Assembly (NCBI GenBank): GCA_963667845.2
Contig: CAXXVL010000002.1
Location: forward strand, 1,952,001-2,016,000
DNA length: 64,000 nt
Reading direction: 5' to 3'
From: Smithellaceae bacterium
GTDB taxonomy: Bacteria > Desulfobacterota > Syntrophia > Syntrophales > Smithellaceae
This document shows, in pieces, positions 20,085 to 27,568 of the stretch. A model generated the notes under the pieces. It ran no database searches, was not told the DNA's origin, and worked only from the letters and a program-made list of their open reading frames with translations. The position numbers and the translations under genes are program-made. Numbering within the stretch: position 1 is the first letter of the stretch; each line of letters begins with the position of its first letter.

Positions 20085-20729
20085 TTATTTTCTGATGAAT
20101 CTGTCCTTAAACATAGGATTCTGGCTGAAATATAACGCCGCTGCAGGATTGTGCCCGAGAGCACGATCTTTGACCACGAGAGGAGTTGTCTCTGCTTTAC
20201 AATAACGCAGAAACAGTATGTCATGCCCAAGGCAAAGCCCCATCATTATGTTCAGCTCTGTTTTTTCGCGGTTGAGTACTTCGGCCTGCATTATTGGGTT
20301 GCAGATCTTATTCCCCCACATCCCTATGTCCTGCGGATTTAATTCACCACAGAGACATATTACAGAGACGACATCGAACCCGTTACTTTCAAGAATGTCA
20401 GATAAAGATTTCGATTCAGGCATCAATTCTCCACACGTTGCGATGCCCAGCCTTTTCATTCCGCGTATCTTAGCATACTCCATAATTTCATCAACCCTTG
20501 TCCAGGAGAGTTTTTCTCTTGGTTTTTCCGGATCCATGACTTTACTCATATAACCCATCCAGCCTTTATTTACAGCTTGGTTTTCGGGCAGCAATAACAT
20601 TTCTAATGTTTCATTGACTAAGCCAGGATATTTTTCTGTAGGGCAGAATGCTGGCACCTTTTTGTCTTTTTCTTTAGAACGACATCGAAGAATTGTGCAT
20701 TTTACACACTGTGGATCATGATTTTCCAT
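20085..20729 (-). CDS. DUF1847-type metal-binding protein
   Basis: TRVDEI, LGIATC, CNPIMQA, GLCLGHD, VKDRALGHNP. Confidence 0.8.
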   Translation of the reverse strand: MENHDPQCVKCTILRCRSKEKDKKVPAFCPTEKYPGLVNETLEMLLLPENQAVNKGWMGYMSKVMDPEKPREKLSWTRVDEIMEYAKIRGMKRLGIATCGELMPESKSLSDILESNGFDVVSVICLCGELNPQDIGMWGNKICNPIMQAEVLNREKTELNIMMGLCLGHDILFLRYCKAETTPLVVKDRALGHNPAAALYFSQNPMFKDRFIRK

Positions 20730-20770
20730 TTGAGACTCCTTCTCTTTGCTCGAATTTGTCGTGTGCGTCT

Positions 20771-20838
20771 TTCTAACGAAAAGCTCAGTCAGGAGCGGCG
20801 CCCCCGCCGCTGCGATCCGTTGGAGCGACGGGTTATGC
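20771..20838 (-). repeat. attC site
   Basis: TTCTAAC-GAAAAGCTCAG...TGGAGCGACGG-GTTATGC; upstream gene stop lies inside R''. Confidence 0.85.
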
Positions 20839-21387
20839 TTTTTGGTTGTTTTTCAAAAACTGTTCAATTTCCTGCTTATGCTTGGCTACGTAACTGCAAC
20901 TAGGCTCTTCACCGCACTTTCTACATTTCAAATCATACGCGGAATTAATAGTCTGGCACTCGGGACAGGCATAGTTCGTTCGAATACTGTTAAGCCAATA
21001 TTCATAACCCATGGCCTTGATCTGTTCCAGATCATCCCACAATTCTATCCTATGCGGTCTTTCAGATTGAAACTGCTTTAGATCACTGCAGGGATACTTC
21101 TGGCATTCAACGCAGAAATCGATCCCTCGTTCAGCGGCGCATGAAAACATTTTGCATTTCTCACAATAAGGTCCTCTCTTGTCGGACCGACAGCCGTAAC
21201 ATTTGACCGCTTCCTCTGAAAGCTGGAATCGTTCCGATAGTCCCTTGAGTCTTGCCGGGTCTTCCTTGGTAGCGATGAATAAAGTGCATGCCTCACAAAA
21301 AAGGCCGCATACCGCAGCATACTTCTTGTCACATTCTCCCAAGTGCTTTTCGTCTTTTTGCATGAGGGGCTCCTCCATTTCATTCAA
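20833..21387 (-). CDS. DUF3795-type Cys-rich protein
   Basis: AVCGLFCEAC, CYGCRS, FCVECQKYPC, C-terminal CxxC pairs; exact start uncertain. Confidence 0.8.
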   Translation of the reverse strand: MNEMEEPLMQKDEKHLGECDKKYAAVCGLFCEACTLFIATKEDPARLKGLSERFQLSEEAVKCYGCRSDKRGPYCEKCKMFSCAAERGIDFCVECQKYPCSDLKQFQSERPHRIELWDDLEQIKAMGYEYWLNSIRTNYACPECQTINSAYDLKCRKCGEEPSCSYVAKHKQEIEQFLKNNQKA

Positions 21388-21431
21388 TCGATACCATTCG
21401 TATTTTGCTGCATAATATTAATATTTTATGC

Positions 21432-21487
21432 AGATAACGGAAATATCAGCCGGAGCGCAGCGATCGGGTGCAGCGACCTTTTTGGGC
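21432..21487 (-). repeat. attC with mutated R''
   Basis: AGATAAC...TCAGCCGGAGCGCAGCGATCGGGTGCAGC...TTTGGGC (GTT>TTT). Confidence 0.8.
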
Positions 21488-21519
21488 CTTTATAAAAGTG
21501 TTATCTATGTCCGGTTCGC

Positions 21520-22032
21520 TTACGGATGATCGACAAATATCAATTTGCCTGTGTCAAAACCGAGCGTTGCTGCTTTCGCTATCAGCATATCCTTCAGCTC
21601 TTGTTTTATGATGGGGCTTCGAGCCAGAATCCACAAATAAGACTTATTCGGCCCGCACACGAGCGCATATTGATAATCCGCATGGTCCAGTTCAAATACC
21701 ACATAAGAACCATAAAAGGGCCCAAAGAAAGAAACTTTCAAATAACCTTGATCTGATCTTTTAACGAAGAAGGCCTTTCCTTCAGCTTCTTTCCATTTTT
21801 TTTCTTTTTCAGAGTACCCGCGGTTTAACACCCTGACGCCGCCGTCGTCTCGTAAACTATAATTTGCCGTTACTTTGCTCAGCTCCCGCTCAAAAGAATG
21901 ATCCAAGCGGGCAATTTCGTACCACTGCCCCAAATATCTTTCTAATTTGAAATTATCAACTGGCTTCACATTTTCCGGGATTCCGGCGCAACCAACTAAG
22001 AACAGAAACAATATTATTGCTATCTTGTTCAT
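21520..22032 (-). CDS. blc: Outer-membrane lipocalin
   Basis: Lipobox LVGC; RYLGQWYEIARLDHSFE, LKVSFFGPFYGSY, YLWILAR. Confidence 0.92.
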   Translation of the reverse strand: MNKIAIILFLFLVGCAGIPENVKPVDNFKLERYLGQWYEIARLDHSFERELSKVTANYSLRDDGGVRVLNRGYSEKEKKWKEAEGKAFFVKRSDQGYLKVSFFGPFYGSYVVFELDHADYQYALVCGPNKSYLWILARSPIIKQELKDMLIAKAATLGFDTGKLIFVDHP

Positions 22033-22051
22033 CTCTGTTTCTCCCTTCAAC

Positions 22052-22111
22052 GTCCAACGCGTGAATTAAGCCGCGCCGCGATGCGGCGTCGGCTTGAAGA
22101 AGTTGTTAGGC
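22052..22111 (-). repeat. attC site, aadA-like 60-bp type
   Basis: Minus strand GCCTAACAACTTCTTCAAGCCGACGCCGCATCGCGGCGCGGCTTAATTCACGCGTTGGAC. Confidence 0.93.
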
Positions 22112-22157
22112 ATGATTGGATTGTCCCCACTTTCTGAGTCGCCCGATAAACCCCTCA

Positions 22158-22904
22158 TCACCGTGGCATCAGCGCGAACACGCCCCAGCCTTGGTATTCA
22201 CGCGTATAAGCGGCGTGGCGCTCGGGTTCCGAGGTCAGTTGGGCTCGAACCTCTTTGGCTAACTCGTCACCGGGATTGGCTTCAAGCCATCGGCGCATGG
22301 TGAGCCATTTGGCCGCCTCGTATCTGTCCCAGCCGTCTTGGTCGGCCAAAACCATTTCCACGACGTCGTAGCCGAGGCGGCCGAAAGACGCGAGAAGTTC
22401 CGGAAGCAGGAGAAAGTCGGAGATTGAGTGGGCAAGACATCCTTTTGCAACATCTTCTGTCGGCGGTAACTGCCGCCAGTAGGGCTCGCCGATGAGGATG
22501 ATCCCTCCGGGGCGGAGGCTCTGCGCCAGAAGCTCGATGGTGCCGGCGACACCCCCGGCGATCCACGTGGCACCGAGACAGGCTGCCACACCGGCCTTCT
22601 CGTCAGAGACGAAGCCGGCGGCATCGCCATGGATGAACTTGACTTGATCGGCGACACCGAGTTCTGCAGCGCGGTGTTTCGCTTGCTCGGTGAACAACTG
22701 GCTCATGTCGATGCCGGTGCCGATGACCTTGTAATCGCGTGCCCAGGTGCACAGCATCTCCCCCGAACCGCTGCCGAGGTCGAGCACCCGGGTCCCCCTT
22801 TCCAGACGCAGCGCCGCGCCGAGAGTGGCGAGCTTTTCGGGTGTTAACGGGTTATGGATGCGGTGAGCACTTTCGGTGATGTTGAAGATCCGTGGAATAT
22901 CCAA
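22158..22904 (-). CDS. yjhP: SAM-dependent methyltransferase, YjhP-like
   Basis: MDIPRIF..ES.HRIHNP, LDLGSGSGEMLCTWARD, GWDRYEAAKWLTMRRWLEANP. Confidence 0.85.
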   Translation of the reverse strand: MDIPRIFNITESAHRIHNPLTPEKLATLGAALRLERGTRVLDLGSGSGEMLCTWARDYKVIGTGIDMSQLFTEQAKHRAAELGVADQVKFIHGDAAGFVSDEKAGVAACLGATWIAGGVAGTIELLAQSLRPGGIILIGEPYWRQLPPTEDVAKGCLAHSISDFLLLPELLASFGRLGYDVVEMVLADQDGWDRYEAAKWLTMRRWLEANPGDELAKEVRAQLTSEPERHAAYTREYQGWGVFALMPR

Positions 22905-22945
22905 TGCAGTAAATCTCCTTTCAGGTGTGAATAGATTCGGTCACT

Positions 22946-23001
22946 GCCTAACGAAAAGCTCAGCCGGAGCATAGCGATAGGCTGGATTGCCCTTGTTGGG
23001 C
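22946..23001 (-). repeat. attC site
   Basis: GCCTAAC...GTTGGGC, 56 bp. Confidence 0.92.
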
Positions 23002-23090
23002 AATTATTAAATAGTATATTCCAAAGCACACTCTGTTTGCACGGCACGAATTAAATAAACATGAACTGTCTGTATGAATGTTTAAATTAA

Positions 23091-23621
23091 TTAAGTTAAT
23101 TGATAATATAAAAAATTAAATATGTAATACATTAATTCTTTGCAGTTGTTCTCAAAACCATAAGGATAAGCTTTTGTATCTATCTCAGCTGTTGCTTTAT
23201 AAACAATTGCATTATTCTTAACATCTATAAAGTCCACTTCAATTATCCCTGTAGTCGCACGATTTTCGATCTTGATGGAGTTAAATCGGATAAACAGCTC
23301 CGCTTGTGGCGGAATTGCTTTGTCATCAGCAGACAATGCACCGGTTATATTTCTTTTAGTTAAATAAGTTATCGCACTTTTTTGCAAACCATAAACATTC
23401 AAATTCCGAATAACTTCAATCCACTCTTTTTTAGAGCCGTATTCATATTTCTGCCAATCGTCTTCATTGATTGGCAACCATCCAAGATGAATATAATGAT
23501 ATTTTTGCAACTCCGGTTTCTGCGGTTCGCTATTTTGAATATTATAAAATCTTTTGGCACTACATGCGGATAACGCAACCAATATTAGTATCGCTACTAC
23601 TATTTTGCATTTCATATTCAT
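23091..23621 (-). CDS. Hypothetical lipoprotein cassette
   Basis: Lipobox LSAC; very AT-rich; matched cassette ends. Confidence 0.75.
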   Translation of the reverse strand: MNMKCKIVVAILILVALSACSAKRFYNIQNSEPQKPELQKYHYIHLGWLPINEDDWQKYEYGSKKEWIEVIRNLNVYGLQKSAITYLTKRNITGALSADDKAIPPQAELFIRFNSIKIENRATTGIIEVDFIDVKNNAIVYKATAEIDTKAYPYGFENNCKELMYYIFNFLYYQLT

Positions 23622-23717
23622 TTAATTGATTATTCCTTTCGGATAATTAAGTCCTTTTTTAGCTCAACTGCTTCTTGCTTAAAAGAATTTTATTAGAACG
23701 TATTGTTTGCGTCACCT

Positions 23718-23773
23718 GCCCAACGAAAAAATCAGCCGGAGCGTAGCGATCGGCTGTATTGCTTTTGTTATGG
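23718..23773 (-). repeat. attC site
   Basis: GCCCAAC...GTTATGG, 56 bp; stop codon inside R''. Confidence 0.93.
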
Positions 23774-24475
23774 TTTTTTATACAACTCAATTAAGTGCTT
23801 TTGAATTATTGGTTTTGCGGTTACAAAACCTTTCACAATTGAGTTAATGTTCGATAATTTTATAAATTTTGAATGATCATTAAAGAATTTTATATTTTCT
23901 CTCATGATTAATAGATCATATTTGCCAGGTCCCTCTGAAATATCAACTGCAAAGTATGGTGCTCCTTCGTGCATGAAAAAGTTCCTTTGATTATCAAGTT
24001 CGCTAAACCAATCTGATGATTCCCCTGCACCCTCAATAATATTTTTTATGATTAACCCGACTTCCTTCTTTTTAATGCTTCTACCAATATGGGTGTATAG
24101 TTCTAAAAATAAACTTGCCATTAACTCACAGACAGAATTCAATTCAAACAAAAGCGAATCAATATCGACGAGTAAGTTGAATTTCAGTATTTCATCGATA
24201 TCGAATACGTAACCCTCTCTCTTCTGTGTGAAAATGTGTTCTTCTTTGTGGGCTTTTGTAGCTTTATAGACATCATTTACTTCTTCATTTATTCTGTGGA
24301 CAACACGCGGTAGCATATCTAATCGCGTTGATATGGACAGACCCAATTGGGATTTAACTTCCTTTGGGATAAGTGAGGCTTTACCCGAACGCTCTGCGTC
24401 ATTTACAGCATTCCAAATAGGCAAAATCCATGGGTCGCCAACATCAGTATTAATATGAATCCATTTATTTGGCAT
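23768..24475 (-). CDS. Hypothetical cassette protein with HEPN-like RNxxxH motif
   Basis: Helical-looking sequence, DIDSLLFE...RNFFMH. Confidence 0.6.
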   Translation of the reverse strand: MPNKWIHINTDVGDPWILPIWNAVNDAERSGKASLIPKEVKSQLGLSISTRLDMLPRVVHRINEEVNDVYKATKAHKEEHIFTQKREGYVFDIDEILKFNLLVDIDSLLFELNSVCELMASLFLELYTHIGRSIKKKEVGLIIKNIIEGAGESSDWFSELDNQRNFFMHEGAPYFAVDISEGPGKYDLLIMRENIKFFNDHSKFIKLSNINSIVKGFVTAKPIIQKHLIELYKKP

Positions 24476-24492
24476 TTGGTTTTATTCCTGCA

Positions 24493-24557
24493 CCATAACG
24501 ACGAGCTGAGCCGGAGCAGCCCCACGGGCTGCGATCGGCTCTAGCGGCTGGTTAGGT
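24493..24557 (-). repeat. attC site
   Basis: CCATAAC...GTTAGGT, 65 bp. Confidence 0.92.
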
Positions 24558-24567
24558 GATGTTTTCA

Positions 24568-25479
24568 TCAACTCGTTTCGGGTAAACAGCCGTGCTTCTT
24601 GTCGAATTCAAAACCCTTCATGCCTTCGAAGCTACCAACTAGGTAATATTTCCTATCACTGCCTTTGCTTTCAACGCTCAAACGACAGCCGAGGCGTTCG
24701 ATGAGCGGACTTATTCCCCCATGGTTGTTCAGCCATTCTTCATATCCTCGGATAGATGGCCCTCCAACGTTGATTACGAACTCTACCCCGTACATCAAGA
24801 ACGCAAAGAATGTTTCTTGGTGCCTCGTCATAAAGATCGTGCAGCCAAACCCAGCCACTACCCATTCATTCGTCTCAGGATGACGCATCAAAGTGTCAGC
24901 CGGAAACACAGCGCGCTGTGAAAAGGGCCACTGAGATAATTCGTCTCCGTACCTAGCAAAGCGACGAATATTATCGTAGAAAGGCTCGTCGACTAACCTG
25001 TCTAGCGCCTCTGCATCATTGACGAATATCTCTGCACTTGCCTCAAGGGCCATTTTGCAAAGAAAGCGAGACATTTCCCGCTGAGGGATGTCGTCTTCAA
25101 TAGTGAAGATTAGAGGGGTATCAAAGTTTCCTTGTATTGCGCGAGCGAGTTCGGCTGACTCGCTCTGTCTCTCTGTGGACAGCTCCAGCTTGCCATCTAC
25201 ACCCCTCCGCATATTGACTTGAACTTCGCTCCCAGCGATTTGTCCCACAAGAGATGGAAACTTACCCTTCTTGCTAGGGACTTGGTGCCAAGCACGAAGA
25301 TTTCGCATCCACTTGTGATTCAAGATCGGCTGCTCTACCTTACGTGCAAAGTAGTTGTTGCATTTATCGCACACAACGCCTCTCGGCAAAACGCGTCTAC
25401 GACTGCCAATTGACTCCGGCATAATGTGCTCAACGCTCTGAGACCCTGAAGAGTTTTGTTTGCAGAATATGCAGCGCAT
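24568..25479 (-). CDS. HNH endonuclease-domain protein
   Basis: CIFC...SVEHIMPESIG...VCDKCNN. Confidence 0.85.
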   Translation of the reverse strand: MRCIFCKQNSSGSQSVEHIMPESIGSRRRVLPRGVVCDKCNNYFARKVEQPILNHKWMRNLRAWHQVPSKKGKFPSLVGQIAGSEVQVNMRRGVDGKLELSTERQSESAELARAIQGNFDTPLIFTIEDDIPQREMSRFLCKMALEASAEIFVNDAEALDRLVDEPFYDNIRRFARYGDELSQWPFSQRAVFPADTLMRHPETNEWVVAGFGCTIFMTRHQETFFAFLMYGVEFVINVGGPSIRGYEEWLNNHGGISPLIERLGCRLSVESKGSDRKYYLVGSFEGMKGFEFDKKHGCLPETS

Positions 25480-25489
25480 CAGTCATCAC

Positions 25490-25550
25490 ACCTAACGAAA
25501 AGCTCAGCCGGAGCCGCGAAGCGGCGATCGGCTGTAGCGACGGGTTATAC
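25490..25550 (-). repeat. attC site
   Basis: ACCTAAC...GTTATAC, 61 bp; stop codon inside R''. Confidence 0.93.
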
Positions 25551-25916
25551 AAATATTTTATTTGCGCTTTCTGTTAATCCCCAACGTCCATTAATCACTT
25601 TAAAATAGTCAAATTTAATTTCTATACATTCAACGGTAACCATTTTGTTTGAATCATATTTGAGGGGAAATAAATTTAAAGATCTGCATTTTGGACAGGA
25701 CTCCAGCGGTCTCCAGCCCAATTCTACAAAAGGTGCTTCAATGTCAAAATTAGTACCATTCGGAAATAAGTACCAGATATCATCTGCGATGGACAATAGC
25801 CTCTGATTTTTTATCAAGATAATATGTCCTCTTGAAAATCCATGGGCATATCCTTCCCATGAATATAAGCAATTCTGACATGATAATATCTCTTTAAAAA
25901 GACTTAATTGTCCCAT
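25545..25916 (-). CDS. Hypothetical cassette protein with two CxxC motifs
   Basis: CQNC and CPKC; matched cassette ends. Confidence 0.7.
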   Translation of the reverse strand: MGQLSLFKEILSCQNCLYSWEGYAHGFSRGHIILIKNQRLLSIADDIWYLFPNGTNFDIEAPFVELGWRPLESCPKCRSLNLFPLKYDSNKMVTVECIEIKFDYFKVINGRWGLTESANKIFV

Positions 25917-25934
25917 ATTTAATATTCCATTTTA

Positions 25935-25999
25935 GTATAACGAAAAGCTCACCCGGAGCGGCCCAGCGGGCCGCGATCGGGTGCAGCGACTGGTTCGAT
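25935..25999 (-). repeat. attC site
   Basis: GTATAAC...GTTCGAT, 65 bp. Confidence 0.92.
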
Positions 26000-26001
26000 A
26001 T

Positions 26002-26427
26002 TCATTTATTTTTTTGTATAGAGCCAATCAAACCATAGTATTTATCATTCAATGTAGAATTCTCCCTCATGAATGGATTATCTGAGCATGCATCATCCTT
26101 TGGAATGCGTAGAAAATTAAAGGATACAAGGTTGCCATTAATAAAATTTCGTAGGCCAATACCCTCGTGTCTTGGAGAAGCTAAAAGAAATTCGCATTTA
26201 AGATTATTGTATGGAAATGGTTGTCTTATCCGCAAGAGGACGCTCTCTTTAACAATTATTTTATTGCCCATAGAATGAATTGTAATTAAGACTTGCTCTA
26301 TTATTGCTTCAAAAGGATTTCTTTCTTTGCCCTCACCAAAATTCCAAGGTTCTCCAATTGAAACCTCCACGTTCATCTTCGTAAGATTTTGAATTAGATC
26401 ATTTAGGTTAGTATCTACTTTTTTCAT
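26002..26427 (-). CDS. Hypothetical cassette protein
   Basis: 141-aa ORF exactly filling a cassette with matched ends. Confidence 0.7.
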   Translation of the reverse strand: MKKVDTNLNDLIQNLTKMNVEVSIGEPWNFGEGKERNPFEAIIEQVLITIHSMGNKIIVKESVLLRIRQPFPYNNLKCEFLLASPRHEGIGLRNFINGNLVSFNFLRIPKDDACSDNPFMRENSTLNDKYYGLIGSIQKNK

Positions 26428-26435
26428 ATATAGTT

Positions 26436-26491
26436 ATCGAACGAGAAAATCAGCCGGAGCGTAGCGATCGGCTGGATTGCCTTTGTTACAA
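26436..26491 (-). repeat. attC site
   Basis: ATCGAAC-5-AATCAGCCG...CGGCTGGATT-6-GTTACAA with extrahelical G; 56 bp. Confidence 0.93.
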
Positions 26492-27388
26492 GTTTTTTTC
26501 ATGGTGTGTTTCAACTAGAAATATTGCCAACGTTGATGCAGCACCAACAGCCAATTTGGCATGTCTCGATCCCAACCCTTTTGAATTAGCAATCTTACCG
26601 TGACCAGTACCATAACTGTTTCTTAGTTCTGCTATGCCATTTGTAATTGTCGCCAAATTACTTAGAATGCGTTTTATGCTCTCTGCTGCTTTTGTCTCAT
26701 CTGGTATATCTTCCGGCGTTAGTTTTAATTCTTTGACTGTTGCTTTAACCAATTTGGGTAAGTCTGGATTACCTTCAAGTGTAATCTTGCGCTCTTCAAG
26801 AATCGTTTTGCATACAGTTTCTACTAGTTCTTTTGCCGTGCCAATGGCGAGGCGGGGATCATTTTCAACCGACGTTTCCATTCTTGTTATCTGTTCAAGA
26901 ACATAATTTGTGTCAGTACCATCGAATTTCTTTTTTAAAGAATCTACATGTAGGTTTGAAGATATAGCAATTTTTCTTGCCGCGAATACAGCCCGACCGC
27001 CCATTTTTGTTTTAGGTATAATTTCATAGCCTTCGTTGCGTAGCAGAAGATTATAATTTTGCCTTAATCTTTCAACCTCTTCTTGATTTGTTCTCACTAC
27101 AGGATGAATTGTCTCGCAAAGAAAACGAAGAAACATTTCATCCTCACCATGAAGTAAATTAAACCGTGTGTCTGAGAATACCCAATAGTCATCCCAATCG
27201 TAATTATTGATTCTATGCTGCCATATGTCACCATATGCATCAGAAAAGCGTCCATCACTTGATGGCATTGATTTGAGATCAAATAGACGAGCTAAAAAGT
27301 CTGGTTCTTCGAGTCGTCCGTTCCATCCAACTTTTTCGATTAAGATAGAATCGAAGATGTCTCTTCTTGTTGCTTCAGAAATATCCAT
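26486..27388 (-). CDS. Abortive infection family protein (AbiJ N-terminal domain + Abi_C/HEPN)
   Basis: GRLEE.DFL.RLFDL, DIWQHRINNYDW, FLCETIHPVVR; AIGTAKELVETVCK; LRNSYGTGHG. Confidence 0.85.
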   Translation of the reverse strand: MDISEATRRDIFDSILIEKVGWNGRLEEPDFLARLFDLKSMPSSDGRFSDAYGDIWQHRINNYDWDDYWVFSDTRFNLLHGEDEMFLRFLCETIHPVVRTNQEEVERLRQNYNLLLRNEGYEIIPKTKMGGRAVFAARKIAISSNLHVDSLKKKFDGTDTNYVLEQITRMETSVENDPRLAIGTAKELVETVCKTILEERKITLEGNPDLPKLVKATVKELKLTPEDIPDETKAAESIKRILSNLATITNGIAELRNSYGTGHGKIANSKGLGSRHAKLAVGAASTLAIFLVETHHEKNL

Positions 27389-27402
27389 TTCAATTTATCC
27401 AT

Positions 27403-27470
27403 GTGTAACAATTAATATACTGAGTTTGGCTTTTTACGAAATGTGTTGCAATCCTACTCCTTTTGAGGCA
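27403..27470 (-). other. Probable attI site / Pc region
   Basis: Minus-strand G|TTACAC at 27409 matches first cassette R'' in 6 of 7 nt; no attC palindrome; candidate TTGCAA-17-CAAACT promoter. Confidence 0.7.
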
Positions 27471-27568
27471 AGATGCAAAGTGAAAAATCATCATAAAATC
27501 AGCCTGCTTGAAAAAAACGCGTTTGGCTTTTCAGGATAATAAGGACCAAAAGCCAAATTGGACTTTTT

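Noticed and set aside
14729..26491. Recurrent GCCGGAGC...GCGATCGG motif as CRISPR or REP repeats
   Set aside because: Spacing is gene-sized, sites have AAC/GTT boxes, intI is adjacent and no cas genes are present: these are attC sites
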